Shown: piece by piece, positions 21,215-31,175 of the stretch
Layout of the letters: every line of letters begins with the position of its first letter
Numbering within the stretch: the first letter of the stretch is position 1
NCBI RefSeq assembly: GCF_000142905.1
Contig: NW_013657677.1
Span: forward strand, 434,001 to 498,000
Length of the DNA stretch: 64,000 bases
Reading direction: 5' to 3'
Origin: Thecamonas trahens ATCC 50062
Taxonomy: Eukaryota; Protista; Apusomonadida
Translations under genes and position numbers: made by a program
Notes under the pieces: generated by a model
Told to the model about the DNA's origin: nothing
What the model saw: only the letters and a program-made list of their open reading frames with translations
Database searches by the model: none

Positions 21215-23177
21215 TCATGGCGCGGCCACGACGGGCGGCGGCGGCGACGACGGCTCAACGCTGGGAGAAAGAACCGGCTCGGCCGTGTCAGAAGCGTGGA
21301 GCTTCGTAAAGTGTGCATACTCGATGTCGTACGCAGCTTGGTCGACCGGGTAGGCATCGAGCTCACCGGCGAGGGCGGTCCAGGAGGCTGCCGCGCGGGC
21401 GTGGAGTGCAGCCTGGGTGCGGGCGTAGGCGAGGAGAGCGAGCTTGTTGTCAATGGCGCGGGTGGCATGAAAGTGGTTGAGTTCAGCGACGGCAACGGCG
21501 AGGTGGGCCTGTGCTGCCTCGACTGAGCCCTCGGGAACAGGTTGCGAGGCTGCCTGCAGCTTGGCGTTCTTGGCCACAGCGGCGGTGCGCGAGGAGACCT
21601 CGGTTTTGACGGCGGCGAGGGTGACGCCGAGCGCATCGCGTGAGGACTGGAAGCAGTTGGCAAGGTCCGACTCGGCGAGCGAGGCCTCCAGCTGGAGCTG
21701 GGCTTGGGTCTGGAGAGTGGCTGATACGGCGCCAAGACAGCCTGTAGCCGACGAGCACTCATCACACTCTGCGCGCCAGCAGAACGGATCGCCGGTAGAG
21801 CCAGACATCTGCGAGAAGCCCTGCCACAGCTCCTCAGTCGACTCGACAAGCTCAAGTCGCTTCTTGGCCGACGCGTTCATGACATCGACAAGGGCCGTCC
21901 AGTGCTTGGCATGGTTGGGCATGGCGCGGACAAAGTCCTGGGCCTGGTCGACCTCTTCGCCAGACGAAAGCGATGGCGTGGCGGCGGCAGAGACAGCAGA
22001 AAGGAAGGCCTTGCCCTGGACATCGTCGCGCTCGGCGGCGCGCTTACCCTGCTTCCACTCGCCCTCAGACGTCGAGTCGACCGAGAGAAAGTGGTGGAAG
22101 ACCGGGGCCGAGCGGAGAACCGGATGGCGAGCGACCGCGTTGAGAAAGACGGCGAGAAAATGCCGCCTGTACGACACGATGTTGTCCTTGAACCGCCCGG
22201 TCAGCTGCTTGGATGGGATTTCAGGAATGGCGATGCCGGCGTACTTGGCGACAAGCCGCTCGCGAAGCCAGTGGAAGTGCTTGTAGCGATGCAAGACGGC
22301 CCAGCCCTTGGCTGGCGTCCGTATGCTGTACGAGGTGAACTTCTTGAGACCACCAAACTTGGAGCCGCGTGCCAACGCAACATCGACCTCGATCTCAAAG
22401 TACGGCTCGACCTCGCGCCACTCGTAGCGAGCGTCGATGGCGCAGTGGCCCGAAGACGACGGCTCGTCCTGCAAAGACAGCTCGGTAGCGACAGGGGCGG
22501 GGGTGGAGGCGGTGGCGGGGGAGGTGGCGGGGGAGGTGGAGGCCGGTGGCGACGACAGCGTCGGTGACGCCAGGGCGTCGGCCACATGGGCGTCCATGGC
22601 CTCGTTGAGCTCGCCAAACTCGACAAGAGACGGGATAGTCATGGGCTCCGGCGTAGCAATCGGCCTGCGGTCTGCAGCCGTAGCGGGATCGAGCCGGTCG
22701 AGGGCTGCGGCGAGGGTGCCATCGGGATCGTCGGTGGAGACGCGTGCGGCGGTGGCCGGCTCCGACACAGCAGGCACGGCATCAGGAAGGAGGGCGTAGT
22801 TCTCGGGAAAGTAGCCGACCTTGCAGGTGGGGTCGGACTTGAGGTAGCCCTCCCACCAGCCGTCGTCTCCAGTCGACTTGTTGGTTACCACGATAGTGTC
22901 GCCGACCTGTGTGCGTGTGTGTGTGGGGTGGGGGGGGGGNNNNNNNNNNNNNNNNNNNNNNNNNNNNNNNNNNNNNNNNNNNNNNNNNNNNNNNNNNNNN
23001 NNNNNNNNNNNNNNNNNNNNNNNNNNNNNNNNNNNNNNNCGGGTTATTGGTGATGCCAGACGATAGGGGCGTGGAGAGAGGGGGGGAAGGGGAGGGGGGG
23101 GGCGATGGGCGTACCTTGAAGGCGAGGTCATTGGCGGTCTGGCGCTCAAAGGCGAAGCATGCCACACGCTCCTCCAT
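21215..23177 (-). CDS. SH3-PX-BAR sorting nexin (SNX9/18/33 family)
   Basis: SH3 DLAFK|VGD...WWEG...GYFPENY (intron 22907..23114, contains an N gap); PX HRYKHFHWLRERLVAKY...IPEIPSKQLTGRF; WKQGKRAAERD start of BAR. Confidence 0.92.
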
Positions 23178-23482
23178 GGCCGGGAGTGGGGGAGGGGGGG
23201 GGGGGAGGGGGTGAGGAGGGGAGGGGTGCTCACAGGTGTGCAAGGCGCGAGGAGTTGCTTTTCGTGCGAAGGCAGTGCCAGTGGCAGGTGAGTGGTGGTT
23301 GACGAGCAAGGTGGAGGTGGAGGGGGGGGGGGGGGGTAGTAAGCAAGTTAGGAAGGAGATGAACGGTGTTCAATGATGGAGGGGTGCGGGAGGGCGGGGG
23401 GAGGGGGATCCTGTACCTGTACTTGCATCATCAGATGGCGTGGACAGAAACGGGGAAGGGGGGGAGGGGGGGGGGGGGGGAG

Positions 23483-24457
23483 TTACGAGTCGCGTAGGGC
23501 GTAGGGCCAATAGTTGGGCACCAGCTTCCATGTGCACATTGTGGCGAACCACCCGATGATGACGTCAACAGTGTAGTGTGAGCGGGTGGCGACGATGAAG
23601 AAGAAGGCCATGAGGGTGCAGAAGGTAACGAGCCAATTGAGGCCGCGGTATTGCGGAAAGTAGGTGTGTGTGATCTGCCAGAAGATAACGATCATGATCG
23701 AATGGCCGGAGAAGAGCAGGTCGCCGCAATGAACGTTGGCGAGGCCCATGGTGGCGAGGCCGTTCATGGTGTTGAGCCAGAAGGACGAGATCTCCTCGCG
23801 CGAGTACCTGCAGTGGTTGTCGGTGACCGGGAGATTCGTCATGGAGATGGTGAAGATGCGGAGGATGTAGAGCGCGGTCTGAGTGATCCACATGCGGGTG
23901 ACGATCTTGTAGAACTGCGAGCGGTGGCGGTAGCCGCCGAGGTAGACGACAACAAAGACCGAGACAAACATGGGGTAGTCGCCGAGGTTTTCGGGCCGCA
24001 GCATGGGGATGTACTCGTGGCCCAGATCCGGGAGCGGCGGTTGCTCTGGCAGGTGATAGTGCACGTAGTTCATGGTGTGAATAAGCGCAAAGCTTGCCGC
24101 CATGTACACACACAGCGCAGCAACGACCGAGCGCTTGGGATGGGCCATGACAAAGGCTGCCTCGCGCGAGCCGTGCTCGCCGAGGTCGCTGCTGGCTGGC
24201 CCGCCCAGAACCTTCTTGTCGAGACCCTTGGCATCCGACGCGTCCGACTCTGCCTCTACCGGCTCGATGAGCGCCTCCAGCGGGAGGGCAGGCGGTGCGT
24301 CCGAGACAGCACCGGCGTCAGCGTGTGGGCGCGGCGAGGCAAGGCCGGCCTCCATGCGGTGGAGCGTGCCCATGTTGTTGACCGAGGCTATGCGGCGGAC
24401 AGCGCCGTTGGAGCCCCACATGGACGACACGTTGGTGGACGAGGTCGAGTGGAGCAT
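23483..24457 (-). CDS. Sphingomyelin/IPC synthase family protein (PAP2_C)
   Basis: Motifs PLPDLG, CGDLLFSGH and HYTVDV; about 6 TM helices. Confidence 0.9.
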   Translation of the reverse strand: MLHSTSSTNVSSMWGSNGAVRRIASVNNMGTLHRMEAGLASPRPHADAGAVSDAPPALPLEALIEPVEAESDASDAKGLDKKVLGGPASSDLGEHGSREAAFVMAHPKRSVVAALCVYMAASFALIHTMNYVHYHLPEQPPLPDLGHEYIPMLRPENLGDYPMFVSVFVVVYLGGYRHRSQFYKIVTRMWITQTALYILRIFTISMTNLPVTDNHCRYSREEISSFWLNTMNGLATMGLANVHCGDLLFSGHSIMIVIFWQITHTYFPQYRGLNWLVTFCTLMAFFFIVATRSHYTVDVIIGWFATMCTWKLVPNYWPYALRDS

Positions 24458-24777
24458 GGGTAGGAGTGGGGGGGGGGAGGGTGGGGGAGGGAGGGGTGAA
24501 GTGTGCGAGGAAGGAGGTGGGGAGGGAGGTGGGGAAGTAGGAGTGGGCCCATATTGAGCGGGCAAAGTTGGCCGGCGACGTGGCAGCGGCAGCCGTGTGC
24601 AGCTGGCCGTGCGTCCTCCAGATTTGCTCCATTTCGCCTATTTGACACCGTTCGCTGCGCCTCCATCCACGCACAGCCGAGGGGTTGACCGGCCAACCTT
24701 CCCGGCAGATTTCCTCGCCTCCTCCTCTCGCCCCCCCCCCCCCCCCCCTTCTTGTTGTTGTACACACACTGGAAAAT

Positions 24778-26094
24778 ATGGCCCTTCGCATCCTGATTGC
24801 AGGTGGCGGCGTGGCCGGCCTGGCCGTGGCCCGCGCCCTGCGCGCCCGCTGCCCGCTGTCTGCTGCAGACATCACTGTGTGGCAGCCGCATCGTCCGGTC
24901 GATGGTTGGTGGGGTGGCATGACGCTGACGCCGTCGGCTTGCCGCGTCCTCGACGCTGCGCTTGGTGTGTGGCCTGCTGTCTCGGCAGACGATGCCTCTG
25001 TCGCCATTGACGCCTTTGTCACCACCGATGCTGCCGGCGATGAGCTGCTGCGCCTTGCCCCGGCCGCTGCGCCTGACTACGCGCCATACGGCTACCCGAT
25101 GATCTCGGTTGAGCGGGCGGCGCTGATTGCGGCTCTCGCCGATAGCGCTGCACCAGCGCCCGAAGACCGCGCGCTGGCGAGTGTGGCGCACGTGCCGGGT
25201 GCCGGGCGCACCGTTGTCGCCACCGATGCCGACGGCGGCGCCGATGACTTTGACCTTGTCATTGCTGCCGACGGCATCCACTCGGTGCTTGCGCCCAACG
25301 ACGACGCACCACTGCTGGATCTTGGCCTCAAGACCGTCCGCGGCGTGTCAGACTCGGTTGCTGCCGCCGAGGCTGTCACCGCCATGGGCGGCGCCACGCT
25401 TGCGCTCGGCCGCGGCGTCTCGTGGTTTGCACGTGTTCTCCCGGGCGGCCGCTCGCAGTGGGCTGTCACGTTCCACTCGCCCGAAGACGCGTCGTTCCCG
25501 GATGGCGAGCGTGGCCTTGCCCGGGTCGCCGCGCTCGCCGCCGACGCCGGCCTGCTCGCCTCCGACTCGCTTGCGGTCGCCGCCTCACTCGACGGCACGC
25601 CGTCCGACGTGCTCCGGATCCACCAGCTCCGTGATCGCGACCCGGCCGCCGTTGGCTCGTATCTGGTGAGTGGTGACGACGGCGAGGTGCTGGGTGCTCG
25701 CATCGGCGACGCTGCGCACCCGATGTCACCGTTCTCGGGCGCCGGCGCCGTCGCCGCTCTCGAGGACGCCGCCGTACTCGCTCACACTGTTGCCGACGCC
25801 GCTGCCGGCAAGATCGACATCGCCCACGCGCTGCGTGCGTACAACGCGCTCCGTTTTGAAGCAGGCACCGCTATGGTCCTTCGGGGGCGGACTGCCACCA
25901 CCACCTCGCACACCCGCGGCGCTTTTACCGGCTTCCTCCGCAACAAGTTCCTCGGCTTCACCGGCTCGATGCTGGAGCGCGCCCAGGCGGCCAACAAGGC
26001 CAACCACGTCATCGCCGAGCACATGTACGATACCGCGAGCCTTGACTACGATGCAGCATATGAGGCGACTGCCAGCCCCCCGGCCGACCCGTAA
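24778..26094 (+). CDS. FAD-dependent monooxygenase (group A flavoprotein hydroxylase)
   Basis: IAGGGVAGL, AADGIHS and IGDAAHPMSPFSGAG motifs. Confidence 0.9.
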   Translation: MALRILIAGGGVAGLAVARALRARCPLSAADITVWQPHRPVDGWWGGMTLTPSACRVLDAALGVWPAVSADDASVAIDAFVTTDAAGDELLRLAPAAAPDYAPYGYPMISVERAALIAALADSAAPAPEDRALASVAHVPGAGRTVVATDADGGADDFDLVIAADGIHSVLAPNDDAPLLDLGLKTVRGVSDSVAAAEAVTAMGGATLALGRGVSWFARVLPGGRSQWAVTFHSPEDASFPDGERGLARVAALAADAGLLASDSLAVAASLDGTPSDVLRIHQLRDRDPAAVGSYLVSGDDGEVLGARIGDAAHPMSPFSGAGAVAALEDAAVLAHTVADAAAGKIDIAHALRAYNALRFEAGTAMVLRGRTATTTSHTRGAFTGFLRNKFLGFTGSMLERAQAANKANHVIAEHMYDTASLDYDAAYEATASPPADP

Positions 26095-26371
26095 CCAGCC
26101 AAACGAAGCCAAGCCAGACGGTAAAACCTCCATCTGCCATGCGACTTTGGCTCGGCAGCTGTGCCGGCAGTCGATCGGAGCGACATCCCGGGCAGTTGGA
26201 CCAAGACCAAGCCACGCGGCGCCTCCGAGGCAAGCAGTCCCCTCCCCCCCCTACTCACCCACCCATACACATACTCTCTTTCTCTCTTGCTCTCCTCACA
26301 CCTCTCCACCTCTTCCCACCACCACCGCCGCATTTCCCCCTCCCCTCCCCCCCAACCGCCGCCACCTCGTC

Positions 26372-28486
26372 ATGTCAGTTTGGGGTGACAAGGGCACGGC
26401 CCACGGGTGGCTCTCGTACGCACTGGGCGACGATGCGTCGGACCAGCACTCGCTGCTGTTTGCGCGACATGGGCAGGTGCCTGCGGCGTCGCTCTCGGAC
26501 TTTCGCTACATCCGCAACCTTGGCATCGGCACGTGGGGCGCCGTCATTCTCGTCTCGCTCGCCCACACCTACGAGGTCTACGCCATGAAGGTGATGGAGA
26601 AGGACACGCTGATCAAGACCGAAATGGTGGAGCAGACGGTGGAAGAGCAGGTGCTGCAGGGCGCGGCGTCGGCATCACCGCTGGTGGTCAACCTCCGGTA
26701 CGCCTTCCAGACCGAGCGCAAGATCTGTATCGTCATGGACTTTCTGCCCGGCGGCGACCTCTTCCGCCTCCTCTCGCGCCAGCCGCACAACATCTTCCCC
26801 GAAGCGACGGCCAAGTTCTACGCGGCCGAGACTGCCGTTGCCATCCTCCACCTCCACCGGCTTGGCATCATCTACCGCGACATGAAGCTGGAAAATGTGC
26901 TGCTCTCGGCCGACGGCCACGTCCGGCTCACCGACTTTGGCCTCGCCAAGAAGATCTTCTCCAAGCGGACGTCGACCATTGTGGGCACGCCCGAGTACAT
27001 GGCGCCCGAGATTCTGCTCTCCAAGTCGTACGACACTCGGGTCGACTGGTGGGCCTTTGGCGTCTGCCTCTTTGTCATGATGGTGGGCAAGTACCCCAAC
27101 ACCTCGTCGCCCATCGCCAACCAGGTCCCGGCCTCACTTGGGCTCTCGATCTCGTGTCTCGACATCATGCAGTCGCTCCTCACTCAAAAAGTTAAGAAGC
27201 GGCTCGCCGGCCGCGACGTCCTCAAGCACCCGTGGTTTGCCGACTATGACTTTGACGCCGTCGAGCGCTTCGAGTACGAGCCGCCGCTTGGCATCGAGCT
27301 CGAGCCGCTGCCGGACCCAGTTGAGCTCCCGTCGTGGCCGCTCCTCACCGAGTCCCTTCTCGACTCGTACTTTACTCCGGTGACGGCCGCCACGCCTTCG
27401 GCTACGCCGCGGCCCATGTTTGGCGGCGACGGTGGCGGCGGCTCAGAGTCGGTCGCCAAGCTCGCCGACAGGCTCCGCGAGAGCTCGTCAGGTGCAAACT
27501 CGACCAACTTTCTCTCTGCACTCCCGGCTCACGCCCAGTACCCGGCATCTGGCCCAGGCTCGGCCCGCTCGCAGTCGACCTCGTTCGAGACCCCGCACCG
27601 CGGCTGGGCTCGCTCTACTCCGGACCTCGGCAAGTTTGTCCGCCAGCGGACAGACTCGGCCAATTCGGCGCTGCCGTCGATGAGCCGCCCGCCCATCGCC
27701 TCCCGCGGCGGCCACGCGCTTGAGCGCATTCCGTCCGAGTCGCAGACGCCGCCGACGGGCCGCAACGAGCGGCCGTCGTCGTCGCACTCCCACTCGCACC
27801 GCCACCGCCACCACTCGTCGTCGCATGGCCACCACCACCGCTCGGGCCACCACAAGCACCACTCGTCGCGCTCCCACCGCCACGCGTCGCGTGACCGTTC
27901 CGCCTCGCACGAGCGGTCACGGTCGCGCTCCCGCGATCGGCGCAGCTCGCGCGACCGCTCTCGTGGCGACTCGGCGTCGCGCAAGTCTGATGACGCCGAC
28001 GGCACAGGCTCGGTCGTCGATCATGCCGAGGACTCGCTCACCTCGCTCGCAGACCGTGTCTCGGCGCTCGAGAGCGAGAAGCGCGCCCTCGCCGCCACCG
28101 TCGCTACCCAGGCCGAGCGCATCCGCCAGCTCCAAGTTACCACCTCGAACCACATCACCGAGATGTCCGACCTCCGCGACTTGGTCCGCGACCTCGAGGC
28201 CCGGCTCAACGACTACGCGGCCCAAGGCCACGACGAGCCGCTCGTTGAGGAGCCGCTGCCGGTGACTCGCACCTCGCGCGAGACTACGCCGCGCGAGAAC
28301 GAGGCTCCGTTCCGTGTCTCACCGCACATGAGCCCGCGCGACCGTCGCCTGTCGTCGGGCGCTGAGCGCTCGCCGCGGCTTGTCCCCGAGCCGGCGCTCG
28401 TTGTCGCCACCGAGTTTGGCGACGCTGATGATGAGACTGACTTTGACGACGACTACCTCTTCTCGTACTCGTCGACCGATGAATGA
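26372..28486 (+). CDS. AGC-family Ser/Thr kinase with His/RS-rich and coiled-coil tail
   Basis: GIGTWG, YAMK, YRDMKLEN, DFG, GTPEYMAPE, DWWAFG. Confidence 0.92.
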   Translation: MSVWGDKGTAHGWLSYALGDDASDQHSLLFARHGQVPAASLSDFRYIRNLGIGTWGAVILVSLAHTYEVYAMKVMEKDTLIKTEMVEQTVEEQVLQGAASASPLVVNLRYAFQTERKICIVMDFLPGGDLFRLLSRQPHNIFPEATAKFYAAETAVAILHLHRLGIIYRDMKLENVLLSADGHVRLTDFGLAKKIFSKRTSTIVGTPEYMAPEILLSKSYDTRVDWWAFGVCLFVMMVGKYPNTSSPIANQVPASLGLSISCLDIMQSLLTQKVKKRLAGRDVLKHPWFADYDFDAVERFEYEPPLGIELEPLPDPVELPSWPLLTESLLDSYFTPVTAATPSATPRPMFGGDGGGGSESVAKLADRLRESSSGANSTNFLSALPAHAQYPASGPGSARSQSTSFETPHRGWARSTPDLGKFVRQRTDSANSALPSMSRPPIASRGGHALERIPSESQTPPTGRNERPSSSHSHSHRHRHHSSSHGHHHRSGHHKHHSSRSHRHASRDRSASHERSRSRSRDRRSSRDRSRGDSASRKSDDADGTGSVVDHAEDSLTSLADRVSALESEKRALAATVATQAERIRQLQVTTSNHITEMSDLRDLVRDLEARLNDYAAQGHDEPLVEEPLPVTRTSRETTPRENEAPFRVSPHMSPRDRRLSSGAERSPRLVPEPALVVATEFGDADDETDFDDDYLFSYSSTDE

Positions 28487-28519
28487 AAATCGACAAGAGC
28501 GTTTACCAAAGGCGGCAGG

Positions 28520-30014
28520 CTACGCTCGCCGGAGCGCCAGCAGCCGTAGCTCGCCGGTCGATGCCGAGAGTTCAAACGCGGCGTCGACAGTGGCCCACAG
28601 GATCGAAGAGTGGAGGAGGACAAGGACCGCGTCGTCGGAGAGTGTGGCGTACGCTGCGTGGGTGAGCGAGCCGAGCAGAGTCTGCGCAACCTCGCCAAAG
28701 ACCGTGATCGGTGCGGTGACACCGGTCTCGTCGAGCAGCCGCATCTCGACCCTCCAGCATGGCTGCCCGGTTGTCCCGGGCTCCAGCACGTGGCCTGAAG
28801 GGCAGATTGGCCGCATCGCGCGTGAACACTGCGGGCAGGCGGTGTAAAACGCCCGCGAGCGATCACGCGCTGCAAACGGGAGGCCAAAGTCGAGAACACG
28901 GACACCGCGCAGGACGCCGATCGGCGCGTCCGAGCCCAGCGCAAACGAGCTGCGTGACAACTCGGCAATGGTAGTCTCGCGCAGCTCGTTGTGGCTTCCG
29001 GGTGCGTCGCTGAGAAGCGCACGGAGCGTCGAGGTCTGCCGAAGGCGTGCGGCGCGGGTCTTCCGGGCGTGGACAGCCACCGCCGCGTCAAAGTGGGCGT
29101 CGAGCTCATCCGGCGCCTCAAACGACGGCAGGAGCGTGACCGAGCCACCAAACGGGAGAGTGAGTGCAGGCAGGCTCGCGCCAGCTCCCGAGTCGGGAAG
29201 CATCTTGGCGCCGTGGAGTGCCACGAGCGAGCCGGAGGTGATCTCGGGCGCCACAAAGGCGGCGACATCGTCAGGCACGTAGAGTGCAGCGCGGGCCCCA
29301 CCAGCATCGACCAGGACCAGCTTGAGCTTACCGCGGGTGGTGGACTCGCGCGCAACAACGCGGACAACCGCGAGATCGACCTTGCGCGGCTCCCGCTTGC
29401 CCGCACCGGAAACTCGACCGCCGCCGCCAGCGCGGTCAGCGCACCGCTTCCAACCCCAGCCACGTGATCCGGCAAGTACGAGAGCGTCGACGCGCTGGTG
29501 GCAGCAAGGACATCGCCAGCTGAGACCGGGACCACGCCCTGCCCCGTCGCCGAGCTGAGAACAAGCTTAAAGGCCGAGGTTGTTCGCGGCCCGTGGGAAC
29601 TGCTCGCGTCGCGCGGCTTGACCTCCGGGTTTTCGACGGCGAGGCAGGCGACAAGGCCGGCCGTGGTGGCGTCTGCAGTCGCAGCTGCGGCTACTGCAGC
29701 TACCGCCTCTGCAGCAGCATCCCACGCCTCGACAAGGATGTCCCCGGTGCCATCGCGGATGACAAGCGAGGTGACTGCACCCCGGAGCGGGCCGAGTCGA
29801 GAGGCCGGGGCCTGAGTTGATCGTGGCCGGGATCAAGCCCGCGATCATGATCGTGAGGCACAGTCGCCGGGGTTCTCCGCGGCCGCTTGCGGGTAAAGTA
29901 GCGGAGTGAGCGGAGGGCAACGATGGAGCCCAGGACGACAACGTTTGTTGAAGTAGCTCGGATTGAGCCGATGGGGGTGCGGGCGAGGGCAGCGTGCAGC
30001 GGAGGGGCGTTCAT
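28520..30014 (-). CDS. MEIOB: MEIOB-like (RPA1-paralogue) triple OB-fold protein with Zn ribbon; two apparent frame breaks
   Basis: Reconstructed NVVVLGSIV...SLVIRDGTGDILVEAW...VENPEVK...GPRTTSAFKLVLS; then LKLVLVDAGG; C-terminal YTACPQC...CPSGH...MRLLDETG...FGEVAQTLLG. Frame breaks at about 29780-29830 and about 29411. Confidence 0.6.
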
Positions 30015-30099
30015 GGCCGTCGACGAGTGTGGGCGGGGTTCGGAAAAGGCCGTGTGAATGCCGGACATGTTGCAGACGGCGATGTGTTTAGGGACAAGG

Positions 30100-31059
30100 T
30101 CAGGACTGACTGGGAGTGCCAGTGTAGCTGGCTTCGAGACGGGATCGCAGATGGTCGCCGGCGGTGAGTCCGGGCATGTTGCGGACCGCGATGTGGTCGT
30201 GCGGGTGGACAAAGAGGGCGAGGGCGAAGCGATGCGCGGTGGCGCGGCCACGGACGCGGTGGAGTGTGGAGGGGAAGAGGCCTGTCGACCAGTCGTGGAG
30301 GAGGTCGCCGACGTTGACGACGACGGTATTGCGAACAACCGGGACGCGGATCCAGTCATTGCCGACAAGGACCTCCAGATCATCGCTAGTGGAAGCTGGG
30401 TCGTTGTCGTCGACGCCGCGATCATCGCGAAAGAGAAGCGTGATGGTGCCGTAGTCTGTGTGCGCACCAGCACGAAGGACACAGCCGTCGTCGTCGACAG
30501 CCACAACGCCGTCACTGTCTGTGATCGGCGAGTAGTGAAGGGCACGGAGGGTGGTGCCCGAGGTAGCGGCGGGCGCCGCCGAGGCATCGTGGGCGGCGAC
30601 AAAGGCGGCAATGTCGTCGTCGCCCATGGCCTCGCCGATGGCGGCCAGCAGAGCAAGGGCGGCAGCCGAGGCAGCATCGAGGAGCGCGGCGAGTGCGTCG
30701 GCGTCGGCTTTGTCCGTGGTGGCGGCAACAGCCGCCAAGACTGTTGCGGCCGAGTCGCGGGGCAGGTTGAGCGCTTCCTTGCCGACGTCGGGGTGGGAGA
30801 CGCCGAGCCTCTCCCGGCCAATGGCCACATAGCCGGCATTAGTCTCGGCCTCCCAGGCGCAGGCAGCGATCTTGGTCGTCGTGTCGGCGGTGAAGAATCG
30901 AGCGGCGGCGTCAAAAGCAGCGTCGACGACGTGGCGAGGAACGCCGGCAAAGTCGTCGACGAGGAAGAAGCCTGTCCGGCTGGCAGCGTCACGCATGTGC
31001 GCAGCTGTGTGGGGGTAGGGGAGGTGGGGAATGGGCGGGAGGTCCGCGATGGATGCCAT
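30100..31059 (-). CDS. 2-oxoglutarate/Fe(II) dioxygenase (IPNS/DIOX family)
   Basis: TGFF, HTDYGTITLL (HxD), NVGDLL, STLHRV, RFALALF. Confidence 0.9.
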   Translation of the reverse strand: MASIADLPPIPHLPYPHTAAHMRDAASRTGFFLVDDFAGVPRHVVDAAFDAAARFFTADTTTKIAACAWEAETNAGYVAIGRERLGVSHPDVGKEALNLPRDSAATVLAAVAATTDKADADALAALLDAASAAALALLAAIGEAMGDDDIAAFVAAHDASAAPAATSGTTLRALHYSPITDSDGVVAVDDDGCVLRAGAHTDYGTITLLFRDDRGVDDNDPASTSDDLEVLVGNDWIRVPVVRNTVVVNVGDLLHDWSTGLFPSTLHRVRGRATAHRFALALFVHPHDHIAVRNMPGLTAGDHLRSRLEASYTGTPSQS

Positions 31060-31175
31060 GTGCGACGGGGGGGGGGGGGGGGCAGATTGTGACAGGTGTG
31101 CTGTTTCGCAAGCGACATTTACGGAGCCCGTGTCGTGAGTGATGCAGGGCGCGAGGGCGGGAGGAGGGGATAGAA

